From: Octopus vulgaris
Taxonomy: Eukaryota
DNA: 64,000 bases
Reading direction: 5' to 3'
Assembly (NCBI GenBank): GCA_951406725.2
Contig: OX597826.1
Coordinates: 83,390,001 to 83,454,000 of the forward strand
The notes beneath the pieces were generated by a model. The model saw only the letters and a list, made by a program, of their open reading frames with translations. It did no database searches and was not told where the DNA came from. Positions 1 to 13,128 of this stretch are shown here, one piece after another (positions within the stretch are counted from its first letter, which is position 1; every line of letters starts with the position of its first letter). The position numbers and the translations under genes were made by a program.

Positions 1-165
1 TCGAGCTGGCAGAATCGAAAGCACGCCGAACAAAAATGCTTCGTCGCTTCTCGTCCGGCATTACGTTCTGAGTTCAAATTCCGTCGTGATCGATTTTGCC
101 TTTCATCCTTTCAAGATCGATAAAATTTTTCGTAAACTGCTGGCTTTGTGCAAAAATTGGAAACC
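1..165 (+). mobile_element. tRNA-derived SINE, family A (5'-truncated by the window edge)
   Basis: gagctggcagaatcg head, B-box-like gagttcaaattcc, core gcctttcatcctt..gatcgataaa, tail gctggctttgtgcaaaaattggaaacc; same motifs as the TSD-flanked copy at 27677-27893. Confidence 0.85.
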
Positions 166-527
166 AATATGTATGTTCTTATGCGTAAGTATGCGCTCAC
201 ATAAACCTTAAGAAATAAATAAGTATATCTCTAAAGTAAATGAATGTGTGCGCGCGCATGTATGTAATGTATATTTGTATGGATGAATGAATGTGTAGCT
301 GTGTGTGTGTTCATTTTTGTATGAATATTATTTTAACTTAAAATTACTCTCTACTTGACAAACAGAGTAAATGAAATTCATAAGTTTTACGTGATTTCTC
401 CAATACAAACTTTTCATCGAATATTCACTCTCTAAAAGAAACGAATTCTCAGCTTTGAAATCGGTTTGTAAGTGTTGTGCACAAAACTGTTAACCCTTCG
501 GTCGCTTTTGTGATTTTCTACTGATTA

Positions 528-529
<2 letters not shown>

Positions 530-575
<46 letters not shown>

Positions 576-650
576 GTGTGTGTGAGTGTATGTAAGTAAG
601 TAGTATGTATGTATGTATGTATGTATGTATGTATGTATGTGTGTGTATAT
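530..650. repeat. (GT)n followed by (GTAT)n microsatellite
   Basis: Directly visible. Confidence 0.95.
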
Positions 651-1047
651 GTATGCATCTTTATGCCTGTGTCCTAATAATACAGAAACTACAAAACGAA
701 TGCGCACAAAACTCCATACAATATTCTCCGTGGGGCCGAGCTCTTCAAATCTCTTTCCTTCCACCCCGTGGGCTCTATGCGCTGCTTAAACACACGCCAA
801 GTACGGAAATACCTCCAGCTACTTCTGACAAACCTGGTCCCAGGCCCTCACAGTGTCCTTTCCATTACACTTAAACTATGCATTCCAGAAATCTCTAATC
901 GTTCACTCTCAACAACATTTGGAAGCAAACTCCAGTCTGTGCCGTTCTACAGAATGATAATTCCGACGACTCACAGCAAACCATCCAACCATTCTCCTCA
1001 CTTCTGACATCTCCTAAATTACGCTAACAGTCATTAACAATCACACC

Positions 1048-1142
1048 CTCTCTCTCTCTCCCTCTCTCTCCCTCTCTCTCGCTCACTCGCTCCCACTCTC
1101 TCTTCCTCTTCCTTTTTCTCGCTCTCTCACTCCCCTCTCCCC

Positions 1143-1186
<44 letters not shown>

Positions 1187-1210
1187 CTCTCTCCGTCTCT
1201 CTCTCTCTCT
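1048..1210. repeat. (CT)n-rich microsatellite
   Basis: Directly visible. Confidence 0.9.
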
Positions 1211-1639
1211 CACCCCTGTGACCACCACTACCATTTCAGCCGGGTCAGATCCAATGGTGAGCTTCTCTTTCATGTCAATCAGCAACGAACTCCGGCTTCG
1301 GACAAACTTCAGTGAAAGCAATGTCGTTCGTTTACAAATCTTTTTCTCAAAACATCTTGCACTAATTACGGCAGTGTCTCGTACCAACTAATTGCGGGTG
1401 TCTATTTACAGCTCTGTAGACTGAGCCATCAACAGTTAAGTTTTGTAAGACGTGGACACACAGACAGAGGAGATACGGGTGAAATTACTCTCGTCAGTTT
1501 AACTGTGGTGCCGCTGCTGACAAACGGCATGTCGCAAACCAAAAGCGGGTGCCTCTCCACGAGTATAATATCACATCTACAAAGTGGTGTTCAGAACCAT
1601 CGACAATTATATGTTGTTGCTGTTGTTGTTGTCGTTGTT

Positions 1640-2540
1640 GTTGTTTAACCTAGTCAAACTCCTTTGATAAAAACCGTTCCAATAATGGCAATCCCTTCAT
1701 GCTCACAGGGTGGAGAAATCTATTACAACCAGTGGCGGCTCATGTATAGGAACTGCCGAACTGCAGCACCCCCGATTTCCCCTCGATATTATTGATAACA
1801 TTCAATATAATGAGTCCTTTTTTTTTCTTTAATTCTTTCTTTATGATTGATCTTAATATCAATAGCCATCACCTAGTTTATGAGAAAACTGCAAAAACCC
1901 TTGTATAGAACTGTGCGCTTCACAGTTCCAGCGATGCGGTGTTTGGCAGGTGTGCGCATGCTCACATGTCCGAGATAGGAAGCGTCACACTAGAGAGAGA
2001 GAGCACTGCATGAACGACAGTGCTGGGTGAAAGTTGGTGTTTCTTTTTGACTCTGCATGTCTTGTGCTTAAAATCATGTTAATATTCTTGAATATGATAC
2101 AGTGTAGAATTAGATTATTATCCTGCTTCCAGCTTCAGTGTTGCTGCCAGGATTTCAAAAACGACACATTTTCACTACCACCCCCATCTTATTTTGTGAT
2201 TTCGGGGGGATTTTTGAAAAATAAGGGGGAATTCACGGCGATATTCAGTGAACAAATTTAACACACTTCCCGGCAGTGGCTAAAACACGAATCGATCAAG
2301 TTTATGTATAAATATTCTTTTTATATGTTTCTTTCCTTTTACACAATATTATGACAACGGCTAAAAATTTTCTGAAGCAGCACCCCAACTAATTTTATCT
2401 ATGAGCCGCCACTGATTACAACATTGTCCAATGTTTTCTTTCCATTCCCAGGAGTTAACGTGTGATTTGAGGAAGATTTATCTGCTATTTCTAACAAGTC
2501 AACTGATCGTGTAGAACCCTCACTCGTTGGCTTGACTTGC
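1640..2540 (-). mobile_element. Family C interspersed repeat, split by the hAT MITE
   Basis: Minus strand reads agaaatagcagataaatcttcctcaaatcacac...acattggacaatgt, matching copies at about 32500, 39830, 47980 and 63780; it resumes on the far side of the MITE. Confidence 0.65.
1730..2414. mobile_element. Non-autonomous hAT element (MITE), 685 bp
   Basis: Perfect 14-bp TIRs cagtggcggctcat / atgagccgccactg; 8-bp TSD attacaac at 1722-1729 and 2415-2422; subterminal gcagcacccc near both ends. Confidence 0.92.
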
Positions 2541-2838
2541 GATATGAGTGAAGGACATATAACACTGTTAGTGACCCTACACACCCAGCGACTCCATATT
2601 TCACACATTGTCTGCTTAAAAACAAAATAATGAAAAGAACAAGATTATGAAAACTGTACGAAACATAGATTAAATGAAAACAGTATCAATGTCTCGTGTT
2701 TGCCAAGAAGCCATGTCTTTATCGACGAGTGATTTACACAAAGAATCTTCTGTAAGCGCGTATCCGTATGCTCAGACAAAGCCATACGCATGCATACATA
2801 TCATATAAATATAAATGTAAATATACACACATACATGT

Positions 2839-2876
<38 letters not shown>

Positions 2877-3295
2877 CTTTATATATATATATACATGTGT
2901 GTGTCAGTGTTTTTAATTGTCGAATAAACAGTTGCCAGTTTGACAAACGGAGTGATATATTACTGTCGTCATAGAAAATTGCGTATGAAATGTGATATCA
3001 ACTGCAATAGGTTTTGGTGACAATGATACAAGGTGAGTTATTGTTTCGACTTCATCATTTTCTTCTTTCCGCTTGGCAAGTTCAATGCAGGATGCGAGGT
3101 CCATTCCAGAAGTTTTGAGACTTTCTTTTTTAGGCGTTGGCTGTTATAAAACAGTCCTAAATTATTGTAATTTTTTATTTTATCTTTACCGTACATGTAG
3201 TAAGCTGACCTGCAAACTTTTATTATTCCAGATTGGACACACATTACTAAACACTGCTTTGTCGCAGCTGACTACTTTGCAGAATGCAGTCAGGA

Positions 3296-3815
3296 TGTAA
3301 AGGTAATCTGGAAAGCCGCTACGCAATAAAATGTTGTGTTAAAGGGGCCAGGCAGAGACACAAGAGAGACTTATGAAATACTCAAGACTGCTGATGGATG
3401 AACTTGTTTGAGAAGAGCATCAGTTTTTCGTTGGCACAAGAACGGTAGAGGGGGTGAGAGACGATGAGACGTGTGGGGGAAGAACGTCAAAACATCAAAA
3501 TTGGTTGACACAATTCGCAATTTTCCGGATGAAGACAGTCGTGTGTCTACAAAGACAATAAGCAAACCATTTGGAGGGGCGCATACACAGTGTACAGTAG
3601 CAACTGTACATAGAATTATTCTTGAAGATCTGAACACGCGCAAAAGTTGTACAAGATTTGTTCCCGACGTGCTCAATAACGAACAGAAGGAAAGATGCGT
3701 CGGTGGCAGCGGCGAGATAGTCCAGTCCAAGAATACTCGAATCTCTTGTGACGCGCCACATAAGCTGGATCTACATTTATGATCCAGAGACCAAGAAACA
3801 AAGTGCCCGATGAAG
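3296..3815 (+). mobile_element. Decayed mariner transposase fragment
   Basis: NLESRYAIKCCVKG, TCLRRASVFRWHK (HTH), RKSCTRFVPDVLNNEQKERCV (WVPxxL-like linker), SWIYIYDPETKKQS (first catalytic D region); stops and frameshifts present. Confidence 0.85.
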
Positions 3816-3883
3816 GCACCTTTCGGAATCGCAAATACAGAAATAGTTCAATACAGATGTTGATTTCCTCATCTTTCTCCTTC

Positions 3884-3888
<5 letters not shown>

Positions 3889-3965
<77 letters not shown>

Positions 3966-4050
3966 ACACACACATACACACACGCACACATCCTCTCTCC
4001 CTCTCTCATTCACACTCTCTCTCTCTCTCTTCCAATACTCCTCTCTCTCT
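3889..4050. repeat. (CA)n then (CT)n microsatellite
   Basis: Directly visible. Confidence 0.95.
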
Positions 4051-4451
4051 CAAAGAAACAAATCGATTGTGTTTAGACCAGGAAACCGATTGGTTCCACC
4101 AAATTTAGATGACCAAGAAACACCATATTTTAAAACGATGCTCCAACGTCAGAATTTGAGAGGTCGTTGCCACGCAATGCAAGACTTTTGTATTCTAAAA
4201 CTGTTGCTCAAATGACTGTGAGTGACATACACAACGAAATGTCAGTGTATCCATCTCACCAAACACAGAATATTGAATGTAGTGGAACATGAGAAGAGCA
4301 GCGGAGACCGTCGGTGAATGACCTTGTACATATTAGAAATGCCGGAGGTCAAAACGGTGATTATTTATTATAATTCATTATTATTTTGAAATATTGAATG
4401 TTTTCTCACATTTCTTATATCAGAGGTCTTGTTATTATTCAGAGACGCATA

Positions 4452-5350
4452 AGGGACAGCACTTCACCACTCACAACAAAAGGGTCAACACTTCACCACT
4501 TACAACAAAAGGGACAACACTTCACCACTCACAACAAAAGGGTCAACACTTCACCACTCACAACAAATGGAACAACACGTCACCACTTACGACAAAAGGG
4601 TCAACGCTTCACCCCTTACAACAAAAGGGACAACACTTCACCCCTTACGACAAAAGGGACAACACTTCACCACTTACGACAAAAGGGACAACACTTCACC
4701 ACTTGCAACAAAAGGGTCAACACTTCACCCCTTACAACAAAAGCGACAACACGTCACCACTTACGACAAAAGGGTCAACACTTCACCACTTGCAACAAAA
4801 GGGTCAACACTTCACCCCTTACAACAAAAGGGACAACACTTCACCACTTACGACAAAAGGGTCAACACTTCACCCCTTACAACAAAAGGGACAACACTTC
4901 ACCCCTCACAACAAAAGGGACAACACGTCACCACTTACGACAAAAGGGACAACACTTCACCCCTTACAACAAAAGGGACAACACTTCACCACTCACAACA
5001 AAAGGGACAACACTTCACCACTCACAACAAAAGGGACAACACTTCACCACTTACAACAAAAGGGACAACACTTCACCCCTTACAACAAAAGGGACAACAC
5101 TTCACCCCTTACAACAAAAGGGACAACACTTCACCCCTTACAACAAAAGGGACAACACTTCACCCCTTACAACAAAAGGGACAACACTTCACCCCTTACA
5201 ACAAAAGGGACAACACTTCACCCCTTACAACAAAAGGGACAACACTTCACCCCTTACAACAAAAGGGACAACACTTCACCCCTTACAACAAAAGGGACAA
5301 CACTTCACCCCTTACAACAAAAGGGACAACACTTCACCACTCACAACAAA
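4452..5350. repeat. 29-bp minisatellite, about 31 copies (acaacaaaagggacaacacttcacccctt)
   Basis: Tandem units are visible; the stop-free plus strand explains the three overlapping long ORFs. Confidence 0.97.
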
Positions 5351-5394
5351 AGAAAGCTAAAAACACAAAATGGGAGAATATTTTCTCGTTTACC

Positions 5395-5676
5395 TTTTAC
5401 TTGTTTCAGTCACTTGACTGCGGTCATGCTGGGGCACCGATTTGAATAATTTATTTTAGCCAAATGAATAGATCGCAGTACTTCTTTTTTCAGACACAAA
5501 AAACACCCTCATATATATATATATATATAGCTAACTTCTTTTAGCTTCCGTCTACGAAATCCACAGACAGAAGCCATAGTAGAATACACTTGCTCAATCT
5601 GCCACACAGTCAGACTGAATCCGGAACCACGTGGTTGGGAAGTGACCTCCTCACCACCCAGCCACACCTGCGCCTA
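5395..5676 (-). mobile_element. tRNA-derived SINE, family B (internally deleted)
   Basis: Minus strand: ggcgcaggtgtggctgggtggt head, ggattcagtc B-box-like, gagcaagtgtattctactat core, tail ccagcatgaccgcagtcaagtgactgaaacaagtaaaag. Confidence 0.8.
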
Positions 5677-6184
5677 TCTTTTTTATATATTATGGAGAAT
5701 TTAAAAATTTAAATATGAGTCACTTAGTTGTAATGATGCGCCTAAATGGGCCGCGCTAATTAAAAAGCTGGGCTCCACCGTTTCCTACACATCTGTTGCA
5801 TTCTACTTGTATTTTATTTCTTCTTTTAAGGTATTTTCATATTTTTTCACCAACAAATGTTACAGTTTGTTTTAATTTGTTTTTCTCTCATTAAATAAAT
5901 GTGGTTCTTTATTTCCTCGTTTTCATTCACCATCACCACCCCCACCACCTACCACCTACCACCCAGACACACAGACAAATGCGTGTGTTTAAATATAAGC
6001 AAAATTGTTGCCGAGCTGTGTGAAATAATTCCCTGGTTTTCCCGATTTTTCTGCCATCCAAGCAATGATGTGATCCTACCTTCCAAGCTGTATCACATTG
6101 GCTGTTATTATTATTGTTGTTGTTGTTGTTGTTTAGTTGTGTATCAATATATCAAAGGTCTTGGCTGTAGTAGCTGTTAATGCA

Positions 6185-6380
6185 ACATTCAGGTAATTCT
6201 GTACTAAGTCTCTGTGTCGACCTTCAGTCCATTTCTTGAGAATGGTTTGGATGTAATTGTAGTCTTTACAGGCCTTTTGTTAATGACTGAATGATTCCTA
6301 AGAAGATTTCAAAGAGGAATTCTTTTCCCATTCATCAGTGTCAACGTGGTCCTTGTACTGCAGCTTGTGTCTCCCTACAA
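6185..6380 (-). mobile_element. Decayed RTE-clade LINE, C-terminal fragment
   Basis: GRHKLQYKDHVDTDEWE resembles the RTE C-terminal GRPKLRYKD...WE pattern. Confidence 0.45.
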
Positions 6381-6879
6381 TTTAAAGAGTTTATTACTGG
6401 TGAACAAATCTAAAGTGAAAGATTGGACTAAATGAGAACCACCGCCTTGGGAAGCAGTATGGCAGGTGCAGAGTTCGAGCGGAGGAATCGGATAAGCAAT
6501 GATCAAAGATGAAATCGGATTGAGGACATTATCCAGGGTGGCCTTGTTCCGAAATTATTACTAACATCACTTGAACTGAACATTGTAGCAGTCATACGAC
6601 CATCGAACGGTTTATTATGACCTTAACCCTCTCAGACTTTAATCCTCACAGATGTTTAAGCTACATCACCCGTCGCCAGCTCAAATATAGAGCGTGTTTT
6701 ATTGTGATTAACAGTTACAGAGAAAAAAAAATATCAAATAAATCTAGATTACTTAATTGTAAACATCCGATGTCATTTTCAACTTTTGACATTCTTTTCA
6801 ATTAACTTCTTGAAGTACTTGTCTGCAATATTGATCTTTTATCTATTCAAAAACATCAAATTCATGATGAATTAGATCT

Positions 6880-7750
6880 CACACATCGTAATACAACAAC
6901 AGTCTCCTGCTACAGTCCAGCTTTGTCATTAAATTGAAGTTGAAGACATCCACTACGAACTCATTTCATTCTCACTTAAGAAATAGCAAAGTATAACGTT
7001 TTGTTTATAAGAAGAGATATGAACGCGCAAATTGGACGTAACAGAAATCACAAATAGGTCTTTCGCAAATCCGCTTATAAATAGGGTCAATATTTTCAAG
7101 GGTTAGTTTTTACTCAAGAAGCACAAAAACTGAACTTGATGATTTATTCACAAGCTGAAAGTAAGTTAATCGCATGGTGAGTTTTAAGACTTACAACAGT
7201 TTTTCTAGAACTCATTCTGGTCACCGTGTTGTAGTATCCGCTAAAGTCCGTCATACTCTGTATTCCAATAATCTCAAAACCAACAGCAATCCACGGTATG
7301 ACAGGATTACATTGATTATGTATGAGAAAATATGCAATGAGCAACATCATTGGGATCAAAAATAGAATTGAAGCAGAAAATGTAATCAAATCGACTAATA
7401 TTAACTATGAAACTTTCGTCACATCTTACCATGCTATAATAATAACTGCATTCCATACAAATGCAACATCAAGACAAAAGTAGATCGGGAATCTGGGCCA
7501 ACCATTAAAAAACGTAGACATATCAAATTAAAAAAAAACATCCCTTCCGAAAAAGTTAAACCTGAAAAAAAATACAAAAATAAACTTATTGTTAGATTTG
7601 AAGTGGGTCGAGAAAACTCCATTCTAAAATGATATTGATCTTATTAGGCATTCTGTTGATAAGAGTTTCTTTTCAATAGCATTTGGATAATGAAATCATT
7701 TCTTGGAAAATGACAAAATTAATAGTCTCAAGCCAACAGGATTGTCTCAA
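6880..7750 (+). mobile_element. Decayed LINE apurinic-like endonuclease region (RTE-like)
   Basis: TTTVSCYSP, KYNVLFIRRDMNAQIG (GDxNA motif), TYNSFSRTHSGHRVVVSAKVR (SDH motif); many stops. Confidence 0.65.
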
Positions 7751-8154
7751 CGAATGAAAGGACTAGCGGAATACTCAGCCACACCTGAATTAACTTTCGT
7801 GTGAAACGAGAGAACATAATCTTCAGTTCACAACTTGGTCCTCTTTCTAAACTACAAAATTGACGGATAATACCATTAATGGCTTTCTGATAGTAAATTA
7901 TCAAAACCAGCCGCCTTCGTTTTGCTCCTTCATAAGGCTTCGGGGGGGGGGGGGGCTTTCCTAAACTATAATATGAAGGACGTGTTTCATAACGGTTCTC
8001 GTGGGTCTCTTTGAAACTGGTGGGACAATACCAAGAAGGTTTTTCAAATGCTCCTTTCATTTGTGTAGTCGTTCCTGCAGACTTATGGATTTTTGTTTCG
8101 ATTATTCATAATTTTTGCTGCCACTAATTTTATTGGCGGTTTGCCATGAAATAT

Positions 8155-8294
8155 TGTTTGTTGCTGCATGCGCAATCAAATCTATTTTGTTTTCAACACA
8201 TATCTATCGTTCGCTTTCAAAACTCTTGAAATCGTAGTTCAGATAAATAGATTGAAATCAAAATAGATTTGATCATGTATGCAACAGTAAACAA
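8155..8294. repeat. Imperfect inverted repeat (foldback), about 140 bp
   Basis: Arm tgtttgttgctgcatgcgcaatcaaatctattttgttttcaa pairs with ttgaaatcaaaatagatttgatcatgtatgcaacagtaaaca. Confidence 0.85.
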
Positions 8295-8759
8295 ACACTC
8301 CTCATTCTGCCAAAAATTTAGGATGGATTCTTACGTGTACGACATTACAAGCTTATCCAAACTGATATCAAATTGAAACAATGTTTTCTTCGTGTCATGT
8401 ATTGAAACTAAATCATTTCTCTTAAATGATTTTAAATAACATCAATTGTGGTTGTGATTTTATTTTCTCCCATCATGCTGTTATTATAATTCTGATAGTT
8501 TGTTATTTGCACGACTTGATCCCGCTGTGGCTAAGCAAAACAATTATTTTATTTACGTCATAGAACAATGATAGGCGATTAAGAAACACTTACATGTGTT
8601 CTTATTTTTTATACACCCAGTCGTTTATATAATGTAAAACTTTATAGCATTTCAAAGTCTCATTTTCTATTCGTCTTGGCTCGCAAGGCATAAAAATTCA
8701 TTTCCGAAACTATTTAGAAACCCCTGTGTTAGATATGTATATACAAACACACTCACACA

Positions 8760-8902
<143 letters not shown>

Positions 8903-8945
8903 TAAATAAATGGAGTTGAACGCAGATTTTAATCAAATTCTTTTA

Positions 8946-9031
8946 CTATCGACATATGTTTCGAAGACAACATTGGTTTTATTCCAAAGGAATAAACGGT
9001 GTAAAACAATGTAATCTTCTTATCAGGAAAG
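8946..9031 (-). ncRNA. Type I hammerhead ribozyme-like motif (core G8>A), probable Penelope pLTR relic
   Basis: Minus strand: CTTTC-CTGATAA-[GAAGA..ACATTG..TTTATTCC-TTT-GGAATAAA..CAATGT..TCTTC]-GAAA-C-ATAT-G-TC-GATAG. This gives the core, a long stem II, a palindromic minimal stem III and a GUC cleavage triplet. Confidence 0.75.
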
Positions 9032-9157
9032 AAAGAGAACCCATCTCAACAACAAAACATTATAACAATTACTTGCGTGAATTTTGCTACCCTGGTAACT
9101 GTTTATTGAATTTTCCGTGTTAACTGTAAACAAAGGATAATTCATTCATCCATTTAC

Positions 9158-9159
<2 letters not shown>

Positions 9160-9227
<68 letters not shown>

Positions 9228-9400
9228 TTGTGTGTATATATATGTGTGTGTGTGTATCTACCTATCTATCTATCTCTCTCTCTCGCTACATATATGTATA
9301 TATATATATATATATATTTGTATGTATATATGTGTGTGTGTATCTATACACCCACACACGCATATATATATACTTACATACATACATATATATACAATAC
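9160..9400. repeat. (TA)n and mixed dinucleotide microsatellites
   Basis: Directly visible. Confidence 0.95.
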
Positions 9401-9526
9401 ATGAAGTTATCCTTTTGGTTGTTTGCATGTGTGTTTTTGTTGTGGAAGGATACTGACCACCTCATGTGGCTGAAAGTGGACAAACGCATTTCAATAAAAT
9501 AAAGAAAACTGTGTGAAGTGTTGGTA

Positions 9527-9620
9527 GTTGACAGCCAGCAGTTGACAGCAGTACAGTTGACAGTCATTAGTTGACAGCCAGTAGTTGACAGCGGTACTGT
9601 TGACAGCCATTGGTTGACAG
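9527..9620 (+). repeat. Short tandem repeat: 7 x GTTGACAG at 14-15 bp period
   Basis: Invariant 8-mer at 9527, 9541, 9556, 9570, 9584, 9599 and 9613 with variable linkers. Confidence 0.9.
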
Positions 9621-10487
9621 CGGTACCTTTCTGCACTCCCGTCATAACAGTTTTGTATGTCTTTCAACATATGACAACGCAACACAGACTTTAAAAAATG
9701 ACTTTCACTATAATGACAGGGGGTTGTTGTTGTTGTTGTTGTCATTGTTGCTGTTGTTGAGAGGGAGAAATAAAAGGAATAACTGAATGTGCGAAGGATA
9801 GAATCAAAGTTTGTTTTAAGTAAAACTACCCAGGTTGTTGTTGAGCCTATCAATGTGATCGTTGTGGCCAACGTCTAATGGAGGCTTCATTTCATCTTGA
9901 TTAGGTCGTTACCCGGCAGCCGAGCGACGGATAACGACTAGTACATACATACATGTATACTAACGCACACAAATGCGCACAAACAAACAATACGAGCGCA
10001 GCTCTGACAGAGTCAACAACGTTGCAAGAAGGAACCAAAATTTTAGAAAAAATGAAATAAATAAGTATATGATTGGAAATTGAACCGGTGAGTGTGTCAA
10101 TTAATAAGCCATTAAAACAGAATTTAACAAATTCACTTTGGTCAGCCCGATTAAAAGACTTGCTGAAGAATTTTATTTTCGAAACAATAAATCGCAACGG
10201 ATACCGAAATCTTTAGTATTTGTTTTTATTTATTTACTCGAAACTAACAAATATTCGTGAGAGAAAATAATCAAAATGTAGAAATAAAACAAAATTACTA
10301 AACCAAATAAAAACTTCGACTCGGGGGCGGGGCATAACAAGGCTTCTGGACCTCATAAAATGACTAAAATCATTGAAGAAGAGAAACTCTGCAACAATGG
10401 AATTTGTCGTTGAGCAAGAAGAGAAGTCTTTTGAAGTTAAAAGCAATTTGATGTTTCATGATTTTGTGTGTTAAATGTGGCGAAACG

Positions 10488-10592
<105 letters not shown>

Positions 10593-10968
10593 AGACCAGA
10601 AGACCAAGATTTATTTAACAAATCAGGTAGACTGTGATTTAATCAATGGCATGCACAAAAAATAATCTAAAATAATTGGAATTCACCATTTAGTTTGAGA
10701 AAGAATATAAAAAACTGGCGAAAATGAGTAGCGACACTCAAAGAAAAGGAATCATTTCAAGAAATGAAGAATTTATTTTGCAAAATTTGATTGACATTTT
10801 TATAAAAACATCTGATCTTTGTAATGAGGCAAGGTGACAGTTACAGGTATGTTTCGGTTTTATTGAACCTCATCGACGAAGCGATATCAAACCCACTTGA
10901 TTGTGAATACACATACACATACATGCATACATATACATACATACATACATACATACAGACATACAGAC

Positions 10969-11034
<66 letters not shown>

Positions 11035-11284
11035 TACGTCGTTCAGTACATTGGCATTGAGTTGATTAAGCAATGCCAATGATCTATTTGAGTTAGTTCC
11101 CTTACCTGATTATACTTACCAGATGCTACTCATTTGTCAGTAGCTGTGAGAAAGAGAATCACATTTGACCATTTCCAGGCGAGAAAGATTCGCTCCAGTT
11201 TCCTTCGCTGGAATCATCGTCGATTTGTCCGGGTATTTTTCTGTTGTTGAATGCGTTTGATTTTATTTTTTACTGAACGATGGG

Positions 11285-12290
11285 TCGGCAGCGTCAGCAG
11301 AGCAGCGGTCGGCCAGTATTTAGTTTCGGTTTCTTTAGGCCCCTACGTTCAAAACCAGCAGTAGTCAACTTCACCATTAAAATTCCTGGGGGCCAATATA
11401 ATAAAATATCTATCAAGAACTGGAACCAATATAATCGATTATACTGTCCTCTAAATTTCGAGAGCTTTTACTAAATATCGGCTTCAAAGTTTGGCACAAG
11501 GCCAGCAATTTCTGGGAGTTGGGGTGCAATCCGATTACATCGAGTCAGTGCTCAACTGGTATTTATTTTATCGATCCCGATTAGATGAAAGGTAAAGTCA
11601 ACCTGGGCGGAATTTGAACTCAGAACGTAAAGAAAGATGAAATGTCAGCTCACTGCCTTACCTTTTAATAATATTAGAGGATGTTGGATGTCCAAATCGA
11701 TTGAGTCTCGTCAAACAAAATGCCATTCTCCTTTTACTTCATCTCCTTATTTTCTGAGTTCGAATCCTGCTGAAGCTATTTTATTTTTCTTTCTCCCTGA
11801 ATAAAAATAAAACTGTACCGCTCAAGTACTGGTTGAGGTCGATATATAAACGAAAGTCGCTCACTCCAGCTCTGAAAACGAAATGTGTGACCTTAAACCT
11901 TAGTTAGAAATCAATATTTTTTACATAAGCATCGATTATATCAGCCTCTGAATTTAGTAAGTGCTTCATTTTATCAGTCGACCTCAATGGATTTGAATGC
12001 AAAACATGAATGGGCGTATATCAATAACGCAAAGCTTTTTATCCGTCGTTTTACCGTTCCAGGCGTTCCCCATTCTTCTCAAAGCGCAGAAAAGGCTAAG
12101 TGCAGGTTGAGTAACCCACTCTAAACCATAGAAAATGGCTGTAGCCAGTGACATGAAAACTTGTAACTTGACCGCGAGTGCTTACCTTGTTACAAGTTGA
12201 TGAATTCAGTAGAATCGTGGTTTCGGTTCCGGTTCTGAGGCTAAATCCTGCCGGTGCCAATTTTGTCTTTCATCGTTTTAAGGAATTGTT
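11285..12290. mobile_element. Cluster of about 5 family A SINE copies in alternating orientation
   Basis: Clearest copy 11480-11660 (-): gatgaaaggtaaagtcaacctgggcggaatttgaactcagaacg; degenerate copies near 11285 (+), 11690 (+), 11930 (-), 12200 (+). Confidence 0.7.
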
Positions 12291-12539
12291 AGAAAGCTTA
12301 ATCCACAATCTAGTTTAACAGCCCCTAGACTTTAGCGGAGTTGTAAGCATTTGAACCAGGTCTTTGGTTCGAAGAAAGCTTAGTCTCATTTTCCAACCAG
12401 TTTCGGATGCCCTAAAAACATAAGGCCATAGGTGAGGCCCTCCCTGCAAATAAGGGTGAGGGCGGGGGTAATCATTAGGACGATAATGTAAGTAATAAGA
12501 TTAATTAAAATAAACTCTCTCGCTCTCTTTCATTCTCTC

Positions 12540-12596
<57 letters not shown>

Positions 12597-13094
12597 CGCT
12601 GTCATGGCATCGACCAGACTGTCGGATATTGTTATAAACCACTGGTCACAATGCGCTTCGCATTGTTTTAACTTTTTTGACTAATGCCACCCCGCGGGCG
12701 AGTGTGCATGCCACCTCGCACGCGCTTATACCTGTCTATTCCTGACACATTCTCAAATTTAAGGATGTTCATAATTGATGACGTCGATCAAAATACCTGA
12801 ACGGTACTTTTTTAATCGACCCCGGAAGGTTGAAAGTGAAGTCTAAGTAGGCGGGATTCGGATTCAAAACTTTGAGTAGTTTAATTGAATTAATTTCATT
12901 AAAAGAATGTGCATAAAAATGTGTGTGTGTGCACGTGTGTGTGTTTGTGTGTGTGTGTGTGTGCACGTATGTGTGTGTGTGTGTGTGTTTGTGTTGACAT
13001 TCTCTTTGATATCAACAGTATTACACGTTCTCACATTTAGTAAAAATTTGCTTTCTATGGCTGTGCAAGTTATTTTAACTTTAAGATAATTAAG

Positions 13095-13128
<34 letters not shown>

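Noticed and set aside
4394-5449. Long ORFs of 292-351 aa as genes
   Set aside because: Products of a stop-free 29-bp minisatellite that is open in all three frames.
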